A stretch of DNA of 64,000 nucleotides from contig CP046106.1 of the NCBI GenBank assembly GCA_013343275.1, positions 851,887 through 915,886 on the forward strand, read 5' to 3'. Under the pieces are notes generated by a model. It ran no database searches. It had not been told where the DNA came from and saw only the letters and a list, made by a program, of their open reading frames with translations. Source of the DNA: Candidatus Nanohaloarchaea archaeon (GTDB lineage Archaea > Nanohalarchaeota > Nanosalinia > Nanosalinales > Nanosalinaceae). The translations under genes and the position numbers were made by a program. Shown here piece after piece: positions 1 to 9,514 of the stretch. The first letter of the stretch is position 1; every line of letters begins with the position of its first letter.

Positions 1-182
1 TGGAGGAAAGCGTACAGCTTCTTCAGACAGATAAGATAACTGATTGCGTTATAAAGTTCAAAAATGGGCCTGAAACCTACCAGGTTTTCAAAAAGGAACA
101 GCCTTACGAAGTAACTGTCAAGAACATGGGAGAAGCTGGAGGAGGAAAACCTGCTACCCGTATAATAGTAGAGGAGAGATAG
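1..182 (+). CDS. 3' end of a gene entering the window (probably part of the pilin-like operon)
   Basis: Open frame from nt 3 (EESVQLLQ...RIIVEER) ends in TAG at 180-182, 2 nt before the next ATG. Confidence 0.7.
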   Translation, partial: EESVQLLQTDKITDCVIKFKNGPETYQVFKKEQPYEVTVKNMGEAGGGKPATRIIVEER

Positions 183-184
183 TA

Positions 185-610
185 ATGCGTAGAAAAGGGA
201 TATCGGGCGTTGTTATAATGGCTGTAGTGTCCTTGTTTGGCCTAGGGATTATAATTGGGGTAACTCAAGGTTCTGCAGGAGGGACGCTTGATTTCGTAAA
301 GGCTCAATCAGTGAATCTACAGGCTGAGAGGGTTACAAATGCCATGCTGATAATGGAGACAGTTCCTGAAGGCTATGTCCAACTGAAGCTGGATGAATAT
401 CAGATAAGGTACGATGAGAACGACAGGAATCTCAGCCTTAACTATTCGGGCAAGGTAGGATCGAATGTTGTTAAGCCCTACATGACCAGCTACGATCAGG
501 TAATAGCACCTTCGACATTCCAACCTATTAACGGTAGCTTGTGTATTAGAAAAGAGCACAGGAGCGGTCAATCAGTGCTTATACTCAATAGAACAGGGTG
601 TAGCAGCTAA
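185..610 (+). CDS. type IV pilin-like protein (class III signal peptide)
   Basis: MRRKG|ISGVVIMAVV: basic leader, KG cleavage site, hydrophobic helix; C-terminal Cys pair. Confidence 0.75.
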   Translation: MRRKGISGVVIMAVVSLFGLGIIIGVTQGSAGGTLDFVKAQSVNLQAERVTNAMLIMETVPEGYVQLKLDEYQIRYDENDRNLSLNYSGKVGSNVVKPYMTSYDQVIAPSTFQPINGSLCIRKEHRSGQSVLILNRTGCSS

Positions 611-1215
611 TGCCGGAAGAATCCCAGTCGATACTCTATATAGGATATGTCATCTTGCTTTTCCTGGGCCTTATGCTGCTACTAAGCTTCTTTCTCTCTG
701 GCCTAACTAGTATAGAGGCAAATATTGAACAGACACATCAAAAAGAGTACAGAAAGGCTATAGTGTTGGAGAATCTACTATCTCTGGATGCAGACACTGA
801 ATCGCTGTATGGTTACAGCTATACGCATCGAAGAAGCGTTATACCGGTGGAGTTCTTCACCAACTATAACCCTGACTCAGGGGAAATAGGTTACAGGGTA
901 CAGGGCCGTGCTACAAGAGGCCACTGCTATATTCCTCGTGTGGAAGGCCTGGACGGCCAGCATTTTGCCTTCGGGATAGATCCTCTGGTTAATGAGGCAC
1001 TGAACGCAACAGGAGATCCGATGGGCCAGCCAAATGTAGACTTCAAGTCAGTTGTCCAGAACTCGACTTCGGGAGCCTACAGAGCCTGTACAATGATGCA
1101 TCCTGTGATCAGGCAGAGGGCCGTAGTTTCAACAGCTATGCTTGTAAGAGAGGATAAAAACCATTCAATGCTTCCAGTGAGGTTGTATGTCTATGATCCA
1201 TACCCGACACGATAA
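610..1215 (+). CDS. pilin-like/membrane-anchored protein
   Basis: N-terminal hydrophobic helix, overlapping TAATG junction within pilin operon. Confidence 0.6.
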   Translation: MPEESQSILYIGYVILLFLGLMLLLSFFLSGLTSIEANIEQTHQKEYRKAIVLENLLSLDADTESLYGYSYTHRRSVIPVEFFTNYNPDSGEIGYRVQGRATRGHCYIPRVEGLDGQHFAFGIDPLVNEALNATGDPMGQPNVDFKSVVQNSTSGAYRACTMMHPVIRQRAVVSTAMLVREDKNHSMLPVRLYVYDPYPTR

Positions 1216-1747
1216 AGGCCTGGCAGAAATGATAGGTTTTGTGGTAATCTTCATGATAGTTGTAATGATGGCTATCTACTTCTTCTCGCTCAATGCTATA
1301 GCTGGAAATAGTCAGAGCGTTAGTCAGGATGTGGATGTAGCTTACAGTGCGGATAATATCAGGTTGAGGTCTTCTGTCACTAGACTGATGATTGGAAAAC
1401 TCTGGAGGTCAGAGGATGTAAACTATGGAGAGTATGGGGATCAGAAGGCCTACAATGTGATCTCCAAGTTCCTGTCGTCGGAGCCGGGCGAAAAAATATG
1501 GCTTAACGGAACCTCGGTCGACTACTCTGATGCAAAAACTGATATCCGGAGCTACCTGAAAACAACTATGGACAGCAGTTATGGAAACAAGCCTTACAGA
1601 GTCACTCTGCGAGATACGAATGGGCTAGTCGTCTCAGTAGGAGATGTATCAAGTACTAATCGTGTAAGCTATCCGATAGCTCTGCAGAGCGGCCAGGGAA
1701 GAATAACAATCTATGTCGAGGGAGGTGATACGCTCTATGTTCGATAG
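1187..1747 (+). CDS. type IV pilin-like protein
   Basis: HDKG|LAEMIGFVVIF class III signal peptide. Confidence 0.7.
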   Translation: MSMIHTRHDKGLAEMIGFVVIFMIVVMMAIYFFSLNAIAGNSQSVSQDVDVAYSADNIRLRSSVTRLMIGKLWRSEDVNYGEYGDQKAYNVISKFLSSEPGEKIWLNGTSVDYSDAKTDIRSYLKTTMDSSYGNKPYRVTLRDTNGLVVSVGDVSSTNRVSYPIALQSGQGRITIYVEGGDTLYVR

Positions 1748-2852
1748 ATACAGCAAGGGAGAGCCATCTCCGCTTATGCTGGCCTTAGGCCTCTTCATAA
1801 TGGCTGTAATCTTTGGGACAATGTCCTTCCCAATACAGAACTTCTTCTCAACACAGCTAGATACCTCTGTAGAGGACCTAGATAGAGTTGCGGATGCTAA
1901 ATCCTACGCACAGCTCTACTTCTACAACTACGTTCCAACCGCGGCAACATACTCAACTTACCAGAACTCCTACCAAATGGCCAAGGAAGGCGGAGGGAAG
2001 ACTATAGAGTGGAGTTCCAGCATATATACAGACTCGGGCCTGCCAGACTACGCCTATATTCCGGGCGGAGGCTGTGGTAGCTACGAAATAATAGGAGAGA
2101 TCAGGTGTGAACTTGGAGAGAATGTAACGGATGACCTGCAGGAAAACTATCTGTCTCAGGTAAGCGAAGGCCGGTGTGGTCGACCCCGATACAATCTCGA
2201 CATCTACTTCAGCCAGAAAAACTACTCCCTATCCGGAGGTGCGTTCGCACTTTCACCGATTAAAGCTAACTGTAGCTTCCCTGATGGTAAAGTAATGTAC
2301 AAGGCCAACAACTCTTACCTCAGCCTGGACTTTGAGGTCTCTGGCGACAGGTATCTCAGAATGGCTCGTGAATCTAAGAGGATAACCAAGGGTCTCTACC
2401 AGGAGTGGAGTAGCATATCTGATTCATACTCCGGTACAGAGACGGCCTGTGGATACAAAGATTACTCTACGGCTGAGCAGGAGGCAGTAAACGACGCTGA
2501 ACAGGCCGTAAGGCAGGCCTTCAATAATGCGCCTCAGAGCTCAGATATATCTCATGTAACGGTTGAAACCTTTGAGATTCTAGGCCCTTCCGACAGTTTC
2601 ACTGAAGGAGAGACTACGGAGATTTTCAAAGGTTCGGACTCTCAGTCCTATGATGCCTTGGGAGATTGTGGCTGTGATGAGGATGGCGATAACTGTGAGA
2701 CAGAGTATGAGGCCAAAGTAAATGTAACTCTGGAGAAGACCAATGTTAAACTTGTTTTGAAGGACAGGTTCTCGAAGATTCCGGTTGATTCCGGTAAGAG
2801 GTACATGGAGTTTGTGGTGGATAACTACACTCACTACTACCAGCGGGACTAG
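1737..2852 (+). CDS. large pilin-like/adhesin protein, Cys-rich
   Basis: Likely start MFDRYSKG|EPSPLMLALGL; hydrophobic helix followed by an extracellular domain with several Cys. Confidence 0.65.
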   Translation: MFDRYSKGEPSPLMLALGLFIMAVIFGTMSFPIQNFFSTQLDTSVEDLDRVADAKSYAQLYFYNYVPTAATYSTYQNSYQMAKEGGGKTIEWSSSIYTDSGLPDYAYIPGGGCGSYEIIGEIRCELGENVTDDLQENYLSQVSEGRCGRPRYNLDIYFSQKNYSLSGGAFALSPIKANCSFPDGKVMYKANNSYLSLDFEVSGDRYLRMARESKRITKGLYQEWSSISDSYSGTETACGYKDYSTAEQEAVNDAEQAVRQAFNNAPQSSDISHVTVETFEILGPSDSFTEGETTEIFKGSDSQSYDALGDCGCDEDGDNCETEYEAKVNVTLEKTNVKLVLKDRFSKIPVDSGKRYMEFVVDNYTHYYQRD

Positions 2853-2888
2853 GACGGGTTCAATTTATATTTTTCATCACGTAAAACA

Positions 2889-3203
2889 GTGATAGGTGAT
2901 TTACTAGTGCCAGAAGAACAAGAAGATCAAGGAGACGACAACACAGTATACGTGGGATCTAAGCCTGCAATGAGTTACGTACTAGCAGTTGTAACTCAGT
3001 TCAGTGAAGGACACGAAACAGTACATGTCAAAGCACGAGGTAAGGCAATCAGCCGAGCAGTAGACGTTGCAGAAATCGTAAGAGACAGATTTGTAGAAGA
3101 TGCAGAGATTGAAGATATCTCAATCGGTACAGACGAGATAGAAACAGATGAAGGAGACGAGCTTAACGTCTCAAGCATCCAGATCGACCTACTGCAGCCT
3201 TAA
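2889..3203 (+). CDS. albA: DNA/RNA-binding protein Alba
   Basis: [15 protein letters not shown]...[19 protein letters not shown]...VSSIQI Alba signature. Confidence 0.95.
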   Translation: MIGDLLVPEEQEDQGDDNTVYVGSKPAMSYVLAVVTQFSEGHETVHVKARGKAISRAVDVAEIVRDRFVEDAEIEDISIGTDEIETDEGDELNVSSIQIDLLQP

Positions 3204-3287
3204 AACAATGTACTGTACCTCTTTTCTTTCTATTACTTCCCTGTTTCTTCAAAGTATTTTTATACAGGCCTAACCAAAAACTCATGT

Positions 3288-3641
3288 ATGAAACGTAAAG
3301 GCCTTTCACAGGTTCTATGGCTAATAATTGCAGCAGCAGTACTAATGATGGTCTCAATGGCCCTCACATTCACAACACAGGGAACACTAGGAAACTTCGC
3401 TCAGAGCACGGATGCGAACGCATGCCGAAATACCCTCAGCAACAAGGTAGCAGCACAGACACAAGGAGATATCTTCATGGCTCCAAGAAGCTGCTACTCT
3501 GATGACGGCAACCCTGTAGCCTATCAAGGTAAACTCGCTAACGACGACGGCACTAACAACAGAGAATGTCTTCAGAAGACATCTACTGGTTGGGAGAGTA
3601 TAGGAGAGGCCTCCACTGAAAGCGGTTGCCCAGCACCATAG
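3288..3641 (+). CDS. type IV pilin-like protein
   Basis: MKRKG|LSQVLWLIIAAAVL class III signal peptide, 4 Cys. Confidence 0.8.
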   Translation: MKRKGLSQVLWLIIAAAVLMMVSMALTFTTQGTLGNFAQSTDANACRNTLSNKVAAQTQGDIFMAPRSCYSDDGNPVAYQGKLANDDGTNNRECLQKTSTGWESIGEASTESGCPAP

Positions 3642-3653
3642 GAGTGATTAATA

Positions 3654-3953
3654 ATGGATAAACTGCTGGAGATAGTGATGGCCGCAGTAGTTATATCAGT
3701 GACAGGCCTAGCAGTGCTTTTCGCTCTTAATAGCCAGAGCGGTAGCTTTATGAATTTTCTAGACAGTCAATCCCAAGATGCAAGGTGTGATATGCTCAAA
3801 GATAAGTACGATAGAGCAGCTGAGAACGAAAATGTGGATAGGTATACTGAAATTAATCAGAAAGCTAGTAATATGGGATGTGAATGGGCAACTGGAGGCG
3901 GAGGTAGCCCATCTCTGCCTACAGGTGGCGGGCCGGCGCCGGCAACACCGTAG
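3654..3953 (+). CDS. small pilin-like membrane protein
   Basis: MDKLLEIVMAAVV hydrophobic N-terminus, Cys pair, similar to upstream pilin; SD GGAGTG upstream. Confidence 0.6.
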   Translation: MDKLLEIVMAAVVISVTGLAVLFALNSQSGSFMNFLDSQSQDARCDMLKDKYDRAAENENVDRYTEINQKASNMGCEWATGGGGSPSLPTGGGPAPATP

Positions 3954-3961
3954 TTGTTTGA

Positions 3962-5425
3962 CTATTCGAGCAGCATCTTCTCGATAAGTTTCTCTATCTC
4001 CCATATTTCATTTTCTTCAATATTTTTCTCTACATCAAGATCTGCGTCAACGCTGATTAGAGGTACAGGATTTAAGGTGTGCGATGTGTTTGGGCTCTCT
4101 TCCGTACCCATGTCCTCGCAGTTACCGTGGTCTGCCGTGATCAGCATGGAGTAATCTGTATCCTCTACTTTTTCTACTAGACGCCCTATATTCCTATCCA
4201 CGGTTTCGACAGCGGTAATAGCTGCATCTAACTCTCCTGTATGACCTACGAGATCGCAGTTAGCAAAGTTCAGGAGGATAAAATCTTTCTCTCCTTCTTC
4301 AAGGGCCTCAAGTACTACGTCACAGATATCATCGGCATGCATCTCAGGCTTCTGATCGTAGGCCTTGATCTTGTCGCTCTCGACGAAATGCCGTTCCTCG
4401 TGCTCGAACTCGAGCTCTCTCTGGCCGTTGAAGAAGAATGTAACGTGAGGTCTTTTCTGGCTTTCCGCTACACGAAGCTGTGAGAGACCTGCATCTTCTA
4501 TCTTTTCCCCCAGCGTGTTTTCCACTATTTTTTTCTCGAATATTGCTGGATTATCGATTTCGTGCTCGTACTGGAACATAGAGGTGAAGTTAGGATGGAT
4601 AGGTTCGTCATATTCATCTGGATCGACCTCAGAGACAAGCTCTTCCTCTATCTGGCGCTCCCTGTCGGCCCTGAAGTTGTAGAATATCACCTCATCATCG
4701 TTGCTCATGCCATCATAGTCCTCACTTACTGAAGGGATTACAAAGTAGTCGTAGTCTCCATTATTGTAGGTCTCTTCGAGGGCCTCCTGGGGATCCGAGA
4801 ACTCGAATCCTTCAGCTTCCGCCATCGCATGGTAGGCCTTGTGTGTCCGTTCCCAGTTGTGGTCACGGTCCATAGAGTAGTAGCGGCCTGTCACTGTAGC
4901 GATCTCTCCGCTGAATTCTTCCGTCCATCCCTCGATCTGGTCCAGAAACTTCTCTGCAGATTTAGGCGAGACGTCTCTACCATCTGTAAAGCAATGAATC
5001 TTAACCTCTACATCGTACTCTGAGGCAATCTCCAGTAAGGCCTTAAGGTGATCGATGTGGCCGTGGATTCCTCCGTCTGAGATGATGCCTGCGAAATGTA
5101 CTGTAGTATTGTTTTCCTCTGCTCTCTCAAGGGCCTGTTTCAGTGCCTTTTTCTCTTTTAGTTCGTTGTTTTCGATTGCCTGGTTTATTCTGGTTAGTCT
5201 CTGCGGTATTTTTCGTCCTGCTCCTAGGTGTAGGTGGCCGACCTCTGAGTTGCCTGTGTATCCTTTGGGTAGGCCTACGGCTGGTCCGGATGCGTCTAGC
5301 TTGGCGAACCCGTTTCTTGCCATGAGTTTGCCGAGGTTAGGTGTGTCTGCTTGTTTGAATGCGTTGCCTTCTGTCTTTTCCCGGAGGCCTACGCCGTCCA
5401 TCACTACTAGGAGTACTGGTTTCAT
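3962..5425 (-). CDS. gpmI: 2,3-bisphosphoglycerate-independent phosphoglycerate mutase
   Basis: VMDGVG, GNSEVGH, FTDGRD, NFRADR, DLVGHTG, ITADHGN motifs. Confidence 0.95.
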   Translation of the reverse strand: MKPVLLVVMDGVGLREKTEGNAFKQADTPNLGKLMARNGFAKLDASGPAVGLPKGYTGNSEVGHLHLGAGRKIPQRLTRINQAIENNELKEKKALKQALERAEENNTTVHFAGIISDGGIHGHIDHLKALLEIASEYDVEVKIHCFTDGRDVSPKSAEKFLDQIEGWTEEFSGEIATVTGRYYSMDRDHNWERTHKAYHAMAEAEGFEFSDPQEALEETYNNGDYDYFVIPSVSEDYDGMSNDDEVIFYNFRADRERQIEEELVSEVDPDEYDEPIHPNFTSMFQYEHEIDNPAIFEKKIVENTLGEKIEDAGLSQLRVAESQKRPHVTFFFNGQRELEFEHEERHFVESDKIKAYDQKPEMHADDICDVVLEALEEGEKDFILLNFANCDLVGHTGELDAAITAVETVDRNIGRLVEKVEDTDYSMLITADHGNCEDMGTEESPNTSHTLNPVPLISVDADLDVEKNIEENEIWEIEKLIEKMLLE

Positions 5426-5479
5426 ACCGGGTTTTTGTCGTTGGTTGAATTTATTAACAACGCCGAGGAAGAATTTGTT

Positions 5480-5947
5480 ATGCAGGAGATCGAGCAGAAT
5501 CTTGAGAGTGCTCGCAGAAACCTTGAGGAGGCCGAGTCTGTTTCCCGGAGCAGTATTGATGGGAAGCTGGCAGAACTTAACAGCAGGCTGGAGGAGCTTG
5601 AGGTAGAAGTCTTCAGTGATGAGGAAAGAGGCCGGTCGCTCTCCGAGAAGGTTGAGACTCTGAGTTCTCAGGTCGAGCAGATCTCTGAATCTAATCCTGA
5701 TGAGCGGTTGAATGAGTTTGAGGAAGAGCTTCTGGACCTGAAACAGGAAGTTAACGAGATTTCCTCTCAGTCAGATGAAGGCGCGCAGAATGAGGATATT
5801 GAAGAGCTCTGGAATGAGCTAGATAAAGAGTTCGCTGAGATAGAGAGAAGGATGCATGAGAATGAAAGCGAGCTAGAGGAGCTTAGATCGGATGTTGCAC
5901 ATATTTCAGAGGTTCTCAGAACAGTTATCTCCGAGAACTTTCGATGA
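5480..5947 (+). CDS. acidic coiled-coil protein
   Basis: Heptad E/L-rich ORF; ATG at 5480 lies about 30 nt after TATA-like TTTATTAA. Confidence 0.75.
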   Translation: MQEIEQNLESARRNLEEAESVSRSSIDGKLAELNSRLEELEVEVFSDEERGRSLSEKVETLSSQVEQISESNPDERLNEFEEELLDLKQEVNEISSQSDEGAQNEDIEELWNELDKEFAEIERRMHENESELEELRSDVAHISEVLRTVISENFR

Positions 5948-6017
5948 TGTTGTTCTCCAACAGTCAAAAAAGGCTTTTAACTTTTTGATCACTTGTAGGT
6001 ATTAAGTGGTTGTAAAA

Positions 6018-7610
6018 ATGGCTGAAGATGTTATTTTCGGAGGAGACGATGAGCAGGAAAACACCGAGGAAGAGCAGGAAACTGTCCTAGAGTCAGAGGA
6101 TCAGCAGGAAGAACAGGACGAAGAATCACAGGAAACACTTTTCGGCGGCTCAGAAGATGAAGACTCCGAAGAAAAAGAAAGCGCCGAAACAGAAGATTCA
6201 ACTGAAGAATCGACAGAAGAAAGAGAATCAACCACAGAAAGCCTTTCCAGCGATAGTTCTAACACGGAAGACTCCGATATCGAGGAAAATGATATTGATG
6301 AAGAAAAATTCAGTGAAGTAGAGCAGAGAATGGAGGAGATGGAGGCCCGGCTTGAAGATATGGCCTCTGAAGACAGCGACGAGGCCCAGGATCTAGAGGA
6401 GAGGCTTGAAGAGCTTGAATCCGAACTCGAGAAAATAGAGGAACTGGAAGAACAGATAGACGACAATACAGATGAAGGAGCCTTGGAAGAGGTTGAAGAG
6501 ATCGAGGAGAACTTTGAGGAAAGATATGAGGCACTTCAGTCAAGGATATCTGACCTGGAAGACGAGAAAGAAATTGAAGAGCTTGAATCCGAACTAAACG
6601 AACTTAAAGACAGAGTTGCGGAGAAAACGGATCTTATCAATGATTTGAAGGAGAGAAACAACAGCAAGATCGAAGAGCTGGAACAGAAAGTCGAGGAAGT
6701 GGAATCGGCAGATGCTGAAGAGTTCGAGGAAAGACTGGATCAACTGGAGGAAGAGATAGAGAACTCCGAAATTGAGGAAGAAATTCAGGAATTAAGAGGT
6801 GAAATAGAGCAGGTAGAGGCCGAAGAACTCGATGAACTGGAGGAAAGGCTTGATGAACTGGAATCCGACATTGATAATAGCTCTCTTGAAGATAGGATTG
6901 ATTCAATCGAGAGCAGGATCGACGAGATAGATCAGAATGAACAGGTAGAAGAACTGCAGGACGATATCTCCGATATAAACAGCCAGGTAGAGAAATTACG
7001 GGAAAAGATAGATGAAATAGAGGATAACAGTCCGGAAGCCGACATTGAAGATAATTCTGATGCGATAGATGAACTGAAAGTTGATGTGGAAAATGTAAAA
7101 ACACAGCTCAGCAGCCTGGAAGAAGATATAGAGGAACAGGATGTGACCCAGCTACAAAAGGAAGTTGAGCAGCTGAAAGGAATGGTTTCAGACTTCAAAT
7201 GGATATTCAACGACTTTGACGATCTGGCCAACCTCAAGCTTCTATCAGAGGAAGAGTACGAAGAAATAAGCAAAAAATCCGATCAGGACAGAGAGGAACA
7301 GGACAGGTTTACCGAACTAGTAGAGGCGCTGAACAGGAACGTAGAGAAACTAGCCGAGAGCAGTGGTGGCAGCTCTCAGCTAGAGGAAAGGGTAGAGAAA
7401 CTGGAGAAACGCCAGAAATCAAGGACTTCGGCCCTCAAACAGAGATTATCTCAGCTGGAAGAACAACAGGTAGACCAGTCGGATGTAGAGGCAGTAGTCG
7501 ACGAAATGGAGAGACAGGAAGAAGCCATAGAAGATATCAGGGAAGGCTACCAAGAACTCGGCGAAATGATGGAACTGATCTTGAAGGACTACAAAAACCA
7601 GAACCAGTAA
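6018..7610 (+). CDS. long acidic coiled-coil protein
   Basis: Disordered acidic N-terminus and about 400 aa of repeated LEERLEELE-type heptads. Confidence 0.8.
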   Translation: MAEDVIFGGDDEQENTEEEQETVLESEDQQEEQDEESQETLFGGSEDEDSEEKESAETEDSTEESTEERESTTESLSSDSSNTEDSDIEENDIDEEKFSEVEQRMEEMEARLEDMASEDSDEAQDLEERLEELESELEKIEELEEQIDDNTDEGALEEVEEIEENFEERYEALQSRISDLEDEKEIEELESELNELKDRVAEKTDLINDLKERNNSKIEELEQKVEEVESADAEEFEERLDQLEEEIENSEIEEEIQELRGEIEQVEAEELDELEERLDELESDIDNSSLEDRIDSIESRIDEIDQNEQVEELQDDISDINSQVEKLREKIDEIEDNSPEADIEDNSDAIDELKVDVENVKTQLSSLEEDIEEQDVTQLQKEVEQLKGMVSDFKWIFNDFDDLANLKLLSEEEYEEISKKSDQDREEQDRFTELVEALNRNVEKLAESSGGSSQLEERVEKLEKRQKSRTSALKQRLSQLEEQQVDQSDVEAVVDEMERQEEAIEDIREGYQELGEMMELILKDYKNQNQ

Positions 7611-7616
7611 CTGCAA

Positions 7617-8648
7617 CTAAGTGAAGCTGTCAAGGCCTGACTGCCGTGAACTTAACGCTGCCTCGAGATCTGAAAGACCTGACTCCACTCGATCCTCTGA
7701 GAAGTCGTGGTCATCTACAAGTATTTCTTTAATCTTCTCTTCATCTACTTCCCCGAAGCTGTACTCGATTTCCTCTACAGGCGGGCTTTTGAAAAAATCT
7801 ATAATCTGTTCCGGACCGGCCTCTGACTCCCACTCTACTTTCTCATCCTCAAACAGCTTATCCCAGGAATCGTACTCTCTAACCAGTTTCAAAGCAGTCT
7901 TCGGTCCTATTCCGTGAACGCCGTCAGGATTGAAGTCGGTACCCATCAGCACGCCCATCCAGATAAGCTTCTCCTGAGAGATATCAAGCTGATCAAGAAC
8001 CTCTTCAAGCTCGATAAGCTCCGTGGAAATCTCTTTCCTACCGCCGCTGGAGGTCTTCCGAGTCTTTCTCGTAGTAAGATTCTTCACCATTCTCTCGGCG
8101 CCGAAAAGCAGTGAATCCCAGTCCTGGCTTCCGACTGCGTAGATATCGCCGGGATAGTCTTCATGAGTCATATATGCAGCTTGTGCCTCTCCCTCGCTAG
8201 GAGCCTGAATGTAGGGGATTCCCATTGCATCCAGGAGCCTCTTCGACTCCTTAATCATATCTCCTGTTAGTTTAGATGACTGAGTAGCCTTGCTGTAGGC
8301 CTCGGAAACCTTGCCCTCTTCCTTCAACTTCTTCCACTCTTCCCGAGCTTCCTCTCTCTTCTTCCTTCTCTGTGTAGTCTCTTTCTCCTTGAGATCAGGA
8401 GCTTCTCCGTCAAATACGTATACAGGCCTGATATTTTCTTCAAGCATGTTGATATTCCGGTAGAAAAGGCCTGACAGGTGGGAGGTAATGTTGCCGGACG
8501 AATCTTTTAGTGGGGTACCGTCTCTCTGTCTAATGATCGACAGGAACTGGTACAGGGTATTCATTGCGTCGACAGCTATCTCTTTATCGTTTAGATCCGC
8601 GAAATCTATTTCTTCTCTCTCAATGAGATCTCCAAGATTTACTCCCAT
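7617..8648 (-). CDS. fen: flap endonuclease 1
   Basis: MGVNLGDL, YQFLSIIRQRDG, APSEGEAQAA, SQDWDSLLFG, C-terminal PIP box QSGLDSF. Confidence 0.97.
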   Translation of the reverse strand: MGVNLGDLIEREEIDFADLNDKEIAVDAMNTLYQFLSIIRQRDGTPLKDSSGNITSHLSGLFYRNINMLEENIRPVYVFDGEAPDLKEKETTQRRKKREEAREEWKKLKEEGKVSEAYSKATQSSKLTGDMIKESKRLLDAMGIPYIQAPSEGEAQAAYMTHEDYPGDIYAVGSQDWDSLLFGAERMVKNLTTRKTRKTSSGGRKEISTELIELEEVLDQLDISQEKLIWMGVLMGTDFNPDGVHGIGPKTALKLVREYDSWDKLFEDEKVEWESEAGPEQIIDFFKSPPVEEIEYSFGEVDEEKIKEILVDDHDFSEDRVESGLSDLEAALSSRQSGLDSFT

Positions 8649-8690
8649 TACAGAAACTAACTTAGGCCTTGACTGTTTAAATGGTAATCT

Positions 8691-8828
8691 ATGGAAGGCC
8701 TCTGCGACTACTGCCAGGAGAAGAAGGCTGTAACAAGCTGCGAAGTCTGCGGATCAAAAGTCTGTCAGGACCACAAAAAAGAGCATGGCTGTGCAGTATG
8801 CAACGGTGGAGAAAGAACTTTTGAATAA
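8691..8828 (+). CDS. small zinc-finger protein (45 aa, B-box-like), absent from ORF track
   Basis: MEGLCDYCQEKKAVTSCEVCGSKVCQDHKKEHGCAVCNGGERTFE: CxxC, CxxC, CxxH, CxxC. Confidence 0.75.
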   Translation: MEGLCDYCQEKKAVTSCEVCGSKVCQDHKKEHGCAVCNGGERTFE

Positions 8829-8847
8829 AAAATTAGAGAGGAGGTGT

Positions 8848-9102
8848 CTAGAGCTTGTCAAAGTGCTCTAGCTCGTAGCTCTGAATGTTCTCAAGCTGCT
8901 CCAGTTTCTCTTCAACAGCGTCTGTACCGCCTTCCTCATCTGTAGTAATGCAGGAAACTTTAACTCCCTTCAATCCGAAAGCAACTTCTTCCTCACCGAT
9001 ATCCTGTACATCAAGGAGATCTCTAAGCTGATCCTTAATTCCCTCTAGATCGGTTTCTGCATCTTCCGGCATGATCTTGTAAACACACGAAATCTTTCCC
9101 AT
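8848..9102 (-). CDS. ef1b: translation elongation factor aEF-1beta
   Basis: KIMPEDAETDLE...EEEVAFGLK...EEGGTDAVEE. Confidence 0.92.
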   Translation of the reverse strand: MGKISCVYKIMPEDAETDLEGIKDQLRDLLDVQDIGEEEVAFGLKGVKVSCITTDEEGGTDAVEEKLEQLENIQSYELEHFDKL

Positions 9103-9355
9103 AAAGTTTGATTCACCTAAGAATACAGTGGAGAAGAAAAAGTTAAAACAAGAATGGAGAAAAAGAGGAGAAATGCTAAAAACAGGCCTGAGATCACTTA
9201 ATCAGACTAAAGGCCTAGTTTGTCCTTGATCTTCTGAATGTATTTTTTCAGCATAGCGAACCACTTACAAAAACCAATAAAACAGAGGGCTGTTAAAAAG
9301 GTTTGCACTACCATCTCGAACCGGTTTTAAAAATAGCCTACAGAGTAATGAATAG

Positions 9356-9427
9356 GCCCTCATGGTCTAGTGGAAAGACGGCACCTTGCGGAGGTGCAGA
9401 TCCAGGGTTCAAATCCCTGTGAGGGCG
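9356..9427 (+). tRNA. tRNA-Arg(GCG)
   Basis: Cloverleaf GCCCTCA/TGAGGGC, anticodon arm GCACC-TTGCGGA-GGTGC, GGTTCAAATCC. Confidence 0.93.
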
Positions 9428-9514
9428 TCTTGTTACGCTCTTGACGAAACTTCAAGAGAAGTTTCTGTGAACGCACAAAATCTCTGATTTTGGAGTGCCA
9501 TGCAATCAGCCATT

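Noticed and set aside
6031-7273. Ser/Leu-rich antisense ORFs
   Set aside because: Shadow frames of Glu-rich genes; the same applies to similar antisense ORFs throughout the window
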